A stretch of 64,000 nucleotides of DNA from Amphiscolops sp. MND2022 (lineage: Eukaryota). Position 1 is the stretch's first letter. Each line of letters opens with the position of its first letter. The notes below the pieces were generated by a model. It had not been told where the DNA came from. It saw only the letters and a list, made by a program, of their open reading frames with translations, and searched no databases. This document shows positions 34,990 through 45,494 of this stretch, one piece after another. Position numbers and translations under genes: made by a program. The DNA is taken from NCBI GenBank assembly GCA_964187785.1, contig OZ076412.1:64728001-64792000 (forward strand), in the 5' to 3' direction.

Positions 34990-37900
34990 TCTTCCGGAGT
35001 GTTCTATTAGGTTTGCTGGATCAGTTGTTGTCCATATTGTCCTCGGTGTCCGGTGTGTTTTCCCGGCCATTCAGTCTTTTGACGGTATTTCGTGTAATCA
35101 GATAGTACTGGGTTATTAAGCCTAATTTTTGGGTTGGTTTTTGTCAAGCGTTTCGATCTACGTAAATTATGTTCTTTTGTTTCTTGTTCTATTTCGGTTC
35201 TTGAACTGAGATTGCTAAGTAATTCTAGTTCTGAGGTGTCTTGTTCAGTATAACTATTTCCTACATTGTCTTCTTCCCCTCCTTTGGGGGATTGGTAGTT
35301 ATTTTGAATTACCCTACCGTTATTATCTTTGAGGGGTAATTCTGTGTTTGCCCTTCTGGCATCCTCAATGACGCGGTCTATTTTCGCGTCCGTCATGTTC
35401 TCCGTTACTACTGTTATGTTAACGGTCCAGTGCTTGATTGTTGGTCCGGGCTGGTATGTGTTTCTCCCGGAAGGCCAGAGTTTTGACGGTTTCTGATCAG
35501 CTTTGGCCGTCCCCTGCCGATTGTGCCGTGTTTTGGAGGCGGTGTTGTGTGTTCTCCAAATGTTGTAGTTGCTGTGGCGATCGCTACCGGTGAGGCTTCT
35601 CCATGGTCGCTGTCTGAGTCTTGGACATTGACTATCCTCGGTGATTTGGTAAAGCGCCATCTGGTCCTCGTGGTCCGGTGCCCCGGTTGGTGCTGTTTTC
35701 CTGTACAATTTCAGAAATGGGTTTACTAATATGTTTTCTGTGCAAGATTTTATTTTCTGGCGTTGTTATTGTATGTTTTGTGCCCGATATGTCTATTTGT
35801 GTTTTATCGGAATATGCACTTTCAAACTTCGGTTTATTTATTTTCTTTTCAAAGAAAAGGAACGGGTTTTTACTAACTCCTTTTGCTCCTTTCTTCTGTT
35901 TCATCGGTAGCTGGTCAAGGCACCGCCAGCTCCGCTGAATGAGTACACCTCTAAGGTGTCTGGTTTTGCTGAAATACAACTTTTTGTAATAGTTTTTAGT
36001 GCGTCTAGGTTTAACATATTGCTTATTTACGTGTTCGGTTCGCGTCCGTAGTGTAGCTCAAATGCTGACTTCTTTAGTCTTGTATAGGCTGTTTTCCGCA
36101 TGATTGTCAGAGCTATATCTAAAGCTTTACCGAATTTCTTTCCGGCCGTGATATTGGTTAGTAGTGTTTCTTTCAATGTTCTTACGCCGCGTTCAACCAA
36201 TCCTGTCGGTGTATGGATATACGGTGTCCCGTATATTAATTTTATCTGGTGAGTTTTGCAAAAGTCTCTAAATGAACGGCCCGTGAATGCGGTAGCTTTG
36301 TCCGTTCTAATGGTTTTCGGAATGCCGTTCAGATTTATGTACTGTTCTAGAAATCTAACCGCCGTTTGTCCGTCCGTGGTTTCACAAAAGCTAGCTGCGG
36401 CCCATTTACTGAATCGGTCCATTGAAAGTAAAATGTAAAATTTTTGGTTCTTTTCACTTATGGGACCGATGAAATCCATTTGGATTTCTTCGTTTGGTTT
36501 ATTTACCGGTGCTAATTGACTTACTTCCGTACTAGGAATGTTAGGTTTAATGCTCTTACCGGACATTTTGCACGGTACACAGCCGTCGCACTTCTTCTGG
36601 ATAGCTTCCATCAGCTTTGGCCACCAGAAATGTCTTGCTGCCATCGACATCTTGTTAATGGCGGGGTGTCCCTTGTGGAGGAGGCTGATTATGGTGTTCC
36701 GCAGGTTTTTCGGGACAATTATTCTTTCTTCGAAGAATACCAATCCGTATCTGGTGGAGTGCTTTTTCTTATACATGATGTATTCTTCGGGCATATTGTC
36801 GTGTTGCTGGCGTTCCAAACATACCAGCGTTTTGAGAAGGCTAGGGTCGTTTGTGGTCTCCGACATTAGTAGTTGGAGACCTGTGAAGAAATTCTTTTCG
36901 GTTTCTCTGACGGCGTTCCCAAGGCCCCAATTGTTTTGTTCCTCAGCATCTACTCTGGGAGCGTGACCCATCTTTATGTACTGGACGCTTTTGACGCCCA
37001 CGTATTTGGCCCAGTTGATGGCCGGGACTTCCAGGACTGATGCGTCCTGACCGGTGTCTGATCCGATTTCGCGTTCTTCCATTGGGGCGTACATTGTGAC
37101 CGGAGTTGATGTTCAGGGTTGTTCTTGTGGTCGCTGTGGGCGGTCTATCCCCCAGAACGGATCAACGGTCCATTGTTCGTTTAGCCGTTGTTGTTGCTGA
37201 AATCCCTGCGGTTGTTGTTGCTGTTGTTGCTGTCCCGGTAGATTTTGTATGGCTAATTGTAGACGCTCTTCTATTATTTTCCTTTCGTTCCGGAGAAATT
37301 TTGGCTCGTGGTACTTCTTCCAACGGCCACCGGATTGTCTGTAAATGCCCGGTTTTACTATGTCTCTCCATCGGGCTATCAGTTGTCTGGTTTCTGCAGA
37401 CGGGTCTGCGGCTTCAAGATTGTCTATGGTTCTAACGTCCATAGTTAAATTGTTCGAGTTTGCGATAAGATTGATGCAACTTTCTGGCGGTCGAACAAGG
37501 CAAGCAATGGCAGTTTGTTCACGCGTTTTGGAATGTTTCGATTCACTAATCCGAGTCGCGTCGTGTGATTGGTTGAACTGGTTGCTAAGACAACCGTATT
37601 TGGCTACGAATTTGTAGTGAGGGACGATGTTGTTGATTACGTATTCTTCGTCGTATGCAACATCTGCTTGCGGTGGTGCTGACGGATTACAACTGAGATA
37701 ATCCGTGAGCTCTAAGTGTTTACCAGCAATATGGCTTACGTTAATTGAAAAATGAGCTAATCGGTTNNNNNNNNNNNNNNNNNNNNNNNNNNNNNNNNNN
37801 NNNNNNNNNNNNNNNNNNNNNNNNNNNNNNNNNNNNNNNNNNNNNNNNNNNNNNNNNNNNNNNNNNNNNNNNNNNNNNNNNNNNNNNNNNNNNNNNNNNN

Positions 37901-39483
37901 NNNNNNNNNNNNNNNNNNNNNNNNNNNNNNNNNNNNNNNNNNNNNNNNNNNNNNNNNNNNNNNNNNCCAGTTCATTAATGGCGTATTTTTTGTCCGTGTC
38001 AGAAAGGAAGCGACTGGCAAATCCGATCGGTTTTAGTTTACCGTCTGGTTGTTCTTCCCAGAGTGTAGCTCCAAGGCCCTTAGTGCTGGCGTCTGTGGTA
38101 ATTATGTTCGGATAATTAGAATTATAGTGCGCCAGACACGGTATTTCCGTGATTTTCTGTTTTAAATTTTCGAATGCTTCCGTGTGTTCCTCGGTCCAAA
38201 TCCAATCATTACCCTTCTATAACAGCTGTCTTAAAACGTCCGTTTGTGCTGAAAGGTTTTCTATGTACTTTGACAGATATTGGATTGCTCCGAGAAATGA
38301 TTTAAGTTCCTTTTCGTTCTCCGGTTTCTTCAATTTTTTAATTGCTATTAACCTTTCCTGTAACGGTCTAATTCCGTTTTGGTCAATTTTATGTCCGATC
38401 CATTCAATTTCGGTTTTGAACAGCTCCGATTTGCTTTCGCTCAGTCTATAACCGGCGTTTTCCAGTTTTGATAGTACGTCGGTTAATTCTTCCAAATGTT
38501 TTTGTTTGGAGCCTTTTGTTACGACTATGATGTCGTCTAGCCATGCTGGGTGTATATTTTCCAGTGTTTGGTCAATTTTCTCTTGGAATATTGTCGGGAT
38601 GTCGGCTAGTCCGTAAAAGCCTTTTAAAAATCGGTAATAACCGGTAAAAGTTTCCCCCGGTTACTGCGAAGATGCATAAGTCCATTGCTTTTTTGATAGT
38701 TTGAGTTGACCGTATGCATAATCGTAATCAAACTTCGAAATCCAGATTTCGTCTGCCAGTCCGTCTGCGATTTTTCTGGGGATTCTCGATAATAATTCTT
38801 CCATATTAGGCATTTGTGCCTTTCTTTTTATTGTTATTTCGTTTAATTTTCTTGAGTCCAGTGCGATTTTTGCCGACTTACCTTTTTTGATGGTGATTAC
38901 CGCTGGGCTTACGAAACAATTTTCGTCAATATTTTCAGCTTTTTCGATGTGGCCCAATTTTTTTTTTCAATTTTTCGATTTCTTTACCCACTGCTTGTTG
39001 TAAATGGATAGGAATGGGTCTACCTTTTTCTTGGATCAGTTTTGCGTCATCTTTTAATTGTATATCAACTTCCACGTTTTTTACCGTGTGGTTTGTTGAA
39101 AATAATTTATGGAACTTACTTTTCAGTGCTGTTATTTCGCGTTCCGAGTTGCAATTGCTTTGGTTCGGTTTGTCGGTGATGTGTTTTATTGTTTGGATGT
39201 TATTGTCCGTGTTCAGTGTGATTCCGAGTTTTCCCATCCAGTCTAATCCGAGTAAAGGGTGTGTTTGTTTAGTTGTTACCAGTAATTCCAGTTGTCTCCC
39301 TTTACCGTCTATTGTTATGTTGGCGGTTGTTTTCCCCTCGAAGTTTATTTTGTTGTCGTTCACGACCCGGTAATCTATAGTTACCGGCTTCATTGTTGTA
39401 ATATTGTTGAATTTTGATTTTGGAATTAGAGTTATTGGTGAGCCTGTATCGACGATGAATTTGATTGGTCGGTTATTAACCAA
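34990..39483 (-). pseudogene. pol: Mag-like pol (PR, RT, RNase H, extra domain, IN), split by frameshifts and an assembly gap
   Basis: PR reads FIVDTGSPITLIP. RT contains SPAVITIKK..IALDSRKLN, FYGLADIP and PAWLDDII. RNase H contains ITTDASTKGLGATLW..GFASRFL. The integrase ORF 36027-37094 contains HKGHP..CDGCVPC, MDFIGP, TDKATAF and GLVERGVRTLKE. Confidence 0.95.
37767..37966. other. Assembly gap (200 N)
   Basis: A run of N inside the RNase H region of the Mag-like element. Confidence 1.
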
Positions 39484-39549
39484 TAACTTTTTGGTATAGA
39501 ACGGTGGTCCGTTCTTGCTTCCATTGCCCAGTGAGTTGATTTCTTGTTG

Positions 39550-40529
39550 AATTTAGTGTATTCTCTCTGGTGTCCACTCGTCTTCATTTGCGCTATATGC
39601 TTCCCCATCTGCTATATGGTTTGTTTTCCTCCCAGACCGGCAGCATTTAGCATATTGTCCCAATTTACCGCATTTGGCACATTTCTTTCCTTTTGCGGGA
39701 CATTCGTGTTGTTTGGACCAGTTAGGCGCTCTGCATTTATTACAGTCCAGTCTTCTCACGGTCTTCGGGTTTCGTTCGGTATGTTCTTTTCCATACTTTA
39801 GTTTTCTTTTTTCCACTTGTCTGATTTTTTTGTCTTCGTCGGTTTCTGGAGATTCATTTAGTTTTTCTTACATGTACTCATGTATTGCCTCTGTGATAGC
39901 CTCCACTGACATGTCGCTTTTTCTAATTTTCTTTTTTAATTCGTAATCGCCTGTGGATTTCCTGATGAGCGATAGGAATTTTGAGGCCAGAAGTTCGGCT
40001 GCTGTAATGGTTTCGAACTCGCAGTTTTTCTCCACCTCCAGTATTCTCTTCCAGACGTCTGCGGCCGTTCCGTTTGATTCTATGCCCTGCTATGTTGTAC
40101 GTTCCGTTCTGGAGTAAAATGCAATCGAAATAGGCTGTATAGTCTGTGTAACGGTAGAGTACTGGGTTCTCGTTCTCTCACCGTTTTTGTCATTTCTGAT
40201 AGGGCACTTTGTCCAATTGCCCATAGAAACGTGTCTTTAATTTCTAGTTCCAGTTGATCGCGGAATTGTGGCAGGATTTCTTTTGGATTTACCATTTGTG
40301 ATAAGTCGATGTCTTTTGTCATTTTGATATTGTGGACAAATTTTCGCCACCACAGATTTGCGCTGGAGCTGTCGTGTTTTTCTAAGCTGGGAATGGTCAA
40401 TTTCTGGGTACATGTCCGTTCTCTCGTTCTTGTTGTTGTTTCATTGGGTATCAACTGGCTGCTCGATGATTGATCGGTTGCCCGGTCAGGCTGTTCCCCT
40501 GTTGGATGGGTGTTGTTCGTGTCTTCCAT
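39550..40529 (-). pseudogene. gag: Mag-like gag with tandem zinc knuckles, interrupted
   Basis: ORF 40080-40529 (LWWRKFV..FLWAIGQSAL..LFRLHFTPERN) and ORF 39553-39816 (CNKCRAPNWSKQHECPAKGKKCAKCGKLGQYAKCC). Confidence 0.9.
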
Positions 40530-40600
40530 TCTTTGGTAATTGATGGGCTGATCACGAATGTTTTTGGTAATTGTCAGTTATACTGACACTGACTGCGCCA

Positions 40601-40795
40601 TGTTGTAACTTTATGGTACAAGAATTTACTTTCTATCAAGACTGTATTTTATCTCGTAGCTTTTCTTACTAAACGAACTTTAGTATGATAAAGATAATAC
40701 AGTATAGGCAGGTACTTCAGACTAATTAAATAACAATAAGAATAATAGTGTCTAAAGTATGAAGTTTGTCCTCTAGCTTATTCAGCTATGCCACA
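40601..40795 (-). repeat. Mag-like element 5' LTR (195 bp)
   Basis: Identical to 34654-34848 and followed by the PBS. Confidence 0.97.
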
Positions 40796-40829
40796 AAGTC
40801 CCTTTTCCTTTTTTTTTGCTTTTTGAAAC

Positions 40830-42600
40830 CACCTTGAAAGTCGGGTGGCGCTCCTTCTCATACTGGAGTTTAATTCTGTTTTATTACGCACTAAAATTCT
40901 TTGTGAAATTTAAGACACCAAAAGTCGAATGTAACCATGCCGAACACAGTTTCCTTTCCCGTATGTCCGTAAAGCAACGAGCATATAACCATCAATCGTA
41001 TTGATTGCGGTATGAACAGCCGCTTACGTATTTGAAAGAATTTACGGTCGTTTCATTGAAAATGTTGGATTATTCTCGCCAAGGCAAAAGTAATCTACTG
41101 ACAACAGTATGGTTAAACTTTGCAAAAAAAAGATGGATAACTCTCTAGTTTGCCATGTAACACGCCGGTAGGAGCTTTTCATTCTAAAGAGCTTCGACTC
41201 CTTCTAGTCTTTTGTTTGGTAGTAGTACAAAAGAGGTCACTTGTTTCTCACGGATTACGCCGGTCCTGCTTTGTGATTGGGGACCATTTTCTTCGGTTTC
41301 GTCCTCTCGATTGTTTTTTGTCGCTAGATTGCGTTGATTCCTTACAGTATGACTTTCATCGGAAGCGATTACAATTTATATTAGTCACTTCGTACTCTCT
41401 TGACTGCCGCGACAGGTAGTTGACTATCCTAGGAGTCTCCCGGGGCATGTACTTCTTCGAATTCAAAATGGTAACAATCGGTCTACCCATTTTGTGAGTC
41501 TACAAGAAGGCGTTTTGTTACACTTCGTAGGTTTTTACCACTGACGATTAGCCTGTGTAGTTCATAAGCGGTCGAAACTGTACACCGTACAGAAAAAATT
41601 CAAGTTTTTGTTTGCCGGCACTATTGAAAGTCTAATTTCTTCAAGAATTACTTCATTTCGAAATCTGGTAAAAGCATCGACACAAGATGATCGGCCTCCA
41701 TTCTCCGTCCTTCTGAATCTGATGTAAAACTGCGCTTAGGCCTACCGTATGCTTTCTTTTGTCAACAAAAGGCATTTGGTATTAGTCTCTGTCTATTAAG
41801 GCTTTTAATGTGTGTGCATCTGAGACAAAACTGACTGTTTTGTTATTTTCACTGTTTTTTGGAGAACATGTTATTGCAATAACGTTTTCTTGAAAACCAT
41901 CAATTTTCTCAAAAAGTCCTTTCAACTTGAATTTTGTTCCGTAAAAATTAATTCTGTCTCTCCTGTTTAATCGTTTTGAAAATCTCCCAACCAGTTGCTC
42001 AATATGGGAACTTATCTTTCCCTTGCAAATGACTTGATTTACTGAATTGTTACAAATTGCTGATATAATACAGTACTTTGTTTGTACTCGCCAATTTCTA
42101 TTAGCTGCCTTGATTCGATAGCAAAAAGCAATTAGCAATCACGGCCCACTAACAATTTTTCCGTAATTCTGGGTATTTCACGTATTCTCTTTTGAGACGG
42201 CCACACCCCCTACTTCTGGTCGAACAAATGGATTTCCTAATAGTTTGAAAGCCATTTTATTGTGATCAATGTAAAGCTACTTGTTAATCGAATAAGGGGT
42301 AAAAAGACACCATGAAACCTTTGTCGATATTGGTTGGCTTGACAAGTAAATCTTGTACAGCAAGCCTGGCACACAAATTGCTCTTCGTTCTCTTCAGCTG
42401 CTTCTCCAGAGTCTTCATTTAATTTCACTCTCTTCCCTTTCTGTGAGCTATCTCTTGGTTTCAGTTTCAGAAGTATCTCATGTTGTTGTGGAAATTTCTT
42501 GTTGGAACGAATCTCGTTCTGAAGACATCTTACTCCTTAGCAAGATCGAGCAGGAGTGGGGGCTTCCCACTAGGCAGAATATTCACTTACCCTAAAAGAA
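40830..42600 (-). pseudogene. Highly decayed gypsy pol relic (RT, RNase H, IN zinc finger)
   Basis: Manual translation gives GLSAVLHQIQKDGEWRPI (~41690-41740), CRLTKWVDRLLPF..VNYLSR (~41405-41500) and RLFIPQSIR..SLLYGHTGK..DFW (~40890-41030), in gypsy order. RT remnants lie at ~42100-42550. Confidence 0.65.
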
Positions 42601-43076
42601 CAAAAGGTTTCTTACCTGAAATTTATTAATGGACGCTCCTTTCTCCCCGGGTTTCCCGACCAGGCCGATCATAATCTGACCATATTATGGCACCATACAA
42701 GTCATACAAATTTCCTTACTATGATCTTGCCATGATCGGCCTGGAATCATATATGGTCCAGAGTATAGTCAATCTGAAACCATAAACTTTTATGGTCCAG
42801 TATGGAACCATGTATGGTCCAGAGTATGGACAGCCTGAAATCATAAATGATCGAAAGTATAGACATCGTGAAATCATAAAAATCTGAAAGTTCAATTATA
42901 ATCAGATAAATGTCGGACATGGCAACCACTTGTGCACAACCTCCTTATGCTGTATTTTTAGGGGGCGATCAGCTCGTGAGATACATGGTATTGCACTTGA
43001 GGAGACCCACGACAAGAACGTGGCCTCCTTCCGTTTTCACAAAAAAAGTAAAGCACAATAAGCTCCAGGGGTTTGG

Positions 43077-43300
43077 TACTGCAGTGAAATCTTAAATCGA
43101 ATGTAGAGAAGTTTACCAGTATCATGGTAGTTGATGCATTTAAATGACTCTAAAACCTGTTTTATTATACCTAATTTTGAAAAATGAAAGCTCCTGGTTA
43201 TCTTATACTGCAGTGAAAACTTAAATCGAACTTAGATAAGTTTACCAGTATGATGATAGTCGATGAAATTGAACGATTCTAAAACCTGTTTTCTCATGGC
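43077..43300. repeat. Direct repeat, 2 units, period 129 bp
   Basis: TACTGCAGTGAAA.CTTAAATCGAA..TAGA.AAGTTTACCAGTAT...CTAAAACCTGTTTT at 43077 and 43206. Confidence 0.8.
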
Positions 43301-44180
43301 CGAAAAAATTTTTAAACTGCAGGTCATAAGGATATATTTTGAGAACTTCTCGAAACGAGTACTCCCAGCATGCTGCAAATGGTTTTTCTTGAGCTTCTAT
43401 ACCATACTATTCGAAGAAAAACATTTTTTCTCCTTTTTTCAACAATTCCAAGTCTCGAATTATACAATGAAAATCAACCAAACAGTTTTTTTAATTTTTC
43501 TGGGTCGAGCGGGTCTAGAGTGCACGGTAGGGCCCGCCTACAGCAATCCACCTGCTGGGTTCAGGATTGAACCAATTAACAGTGTATTTTCGACTAAAAG
43601 TGTCTCTTTAGTGATGTAGCAAGGAAAAGGTAAAAACAGTTGAATAGAAATCATACCAAGTCTAGATGTCCAAAAGTGCCCTTAAACGCGTGTTGGCTCT
43701 TGGATGGCCCTGAATATGGTCATGCCAGAACCATAAACTTGGTCCATACCCTAGTCGAAACTACAGGAACTTTTTACATGCAGCATTAATGCGCGCAGGC
43801 TAATTTTTTAAAAAACATAGAAAATTCAGGGACCCTGCATGGAAAATTCTTGCAAAACCTCCCTGCAGCATGGAAAATCCTGGCAGCATTTCCCTGTGCT
43901 TTGAAAAAATGTCCAAGCTGCTTAAAGCATTTTTGAAAAAAAATCCATGCAAGACTGTAAACATTTTCTTCAAAAACAACCGTTTTCTTAGCCCAAATCT
44001 CCACTTATTCAAAAAAATCTTGTCGATAACAGTATTGCTAATCCTGCACGTCCCTATTGGCTGAAAAATTGGGCAGAAAAAAACTTTCAATTGAAAATGA
44101 TATGAGAAAAAATCATTCCAATGTTTAAAAACACAATGTACACATATAGTTCCATAACTGTTGAGTTCATCGGTGAACTT

Positions 44181-45172
44181 TTTGATACCATCATCGACTC
44201 CATGCATCAGCTTCCGACATTGATTCACAGCAGCATCCAGGCAAAAGCCAGCATTCTCCAATGCGGACCTGGAACATAAAAGGAACAATCAAACGATGCT
44301 TGAACCGTTAGCAAACATATGGCAACCCCAGACAAAGGCAAAAACTGCAAAAAAGAAAAAAAAAGTAAACTGCCTAAACATATTTTTGGACTGGACAGTC
44401 CTAGCTTCCTAACGCTACGAAAGAGGCACACTACAAAATGACAAGCAAACCAAAAAAAACTTTGAAAACTTGTTTTTTGGTCATCATCTAGATTAAAAAG
44501 GTACTGTGCTCATCATGTAGAGACGAGCATCATGTTGAACAAGCGACACGGCAAAAACAATACATCTTTTGACCGTCCGATGTTTCGAAACAAGTTGTTT
44601 GTTATGAGAAACATTTGGTTCCGACATTCAATACCACATGGTTTCACTTTTGTATCAAAAAATTAAGAGTTTTGAAGAAAAAACGTCAAAAAAAGTACTC
44701 GAAGTATCTGATACCTCCAGAATTTGGAGATATGTGGGTTTCGCACATGAGAATCAGCAACAAGACTTTGATACCATCATCGACTCCATGCATCAGCTTC
44801 AGACATTGATTCACGGCAGCAGCCAGGCAAAAGCCAGCATTCTCCAATGAGGACCTGGAACAGAAAAGGAACAATCAAACGATGCTCGATGCGTTAGCAA
44901 ACATATGGCAACCCCAGACAAAAGCAAAAACTGCAAAAAAATTGAACTGCCTAATGATATTTTTTGACTGGGCAGTCCTAGCTTGCTAGCGCTACGAAAC
45001 AGGCACACTACAAAATGACAAGCAAACCAAAAAAAACTTTGAAAATTTTTTTTTGTCAACATTTAGATGGAAAAAGCTACTGTGCTCATCATGTAGAGAC
45101 GAGCATCATGTTGAACAAGCAACGCGGCAAAAACAATACATCTTTTGACCGTCCGATGTTTCGAAACAAGTT
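44181..45172. repeat. Direct repeat of ~410 bp (44181-44596 and 44767-45172), about 90% identical by eye
   Basis: Both copies start TTTGATACCATCATCGACTCCATGCATCAG and end GATGTTTCGAAACAAGTT. Confidence 0.9.
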
Positions 45173-45209
45173 TTCGAACCATCCAAGGCCATCCAAGGGC
45201 AATCCAAAG

Positions 45210-45494
45210 AGTATGATTCCACGCTGATCATACTCTGGACCATAAAGGTTTATGGTTTCAGGCTGACCATACTCTGGACATATATGGTCCAGTCTATGAT
45301 AGACCATGTTCCATAAAAAGCTTTATAAATTTATATATGGTCCAGTCTATGATAGACCATGTTCCATAAAAAGCTTTATAAAGCTTTTTATGGAACATGG
45401 TCTATCATAGACTGGACCATATATGTCCAGAGTATGGTCAGCCTGAAACCATAAACCTTTATGGTCCAGAGTATGATCAGCGTGGAATCATACT
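45210..45494. repeat. Long perfect palindrome with a duplicated arm tip
   Basis: 45210-45325 is the reverse complement of 45379-45494 (116 bp). 45333-45378 pairs with 45379-45424 with no spacer. A 53-bp unit is duplicated at 45280 and 45333. Confidence 0.95.

Larger units (their letters stand above)
34654..40795 (-). mobile_element. Young Ty3/gypsy (Mag-like) LTR retrotransposon
   Basis: Two 195-bp LTRs with no mismatch by eye (34654-34848 and 40601-40795), TGTGG...CAACA on the minus strand. Perfect TSD AAGTC (34649-34653 and 40796-40800). PBS TGGCGCAGTC (tRNA-Ser-like, 40591-40600). PPT GAGGGGGGAA (34849-34858). Domains gag (2 CCHC), PR, RT, RNase H, IN. Confidence 0.97.

Noticed and set aside
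41782-42430. Possible hAT transposase or BED finger (CQAC.., CYRIKAA..)
   Set aside because: Neighbouring frames give unambiguous gypsy RNase H and integrase motifs in the right order, so it is better explained as decayed RT.
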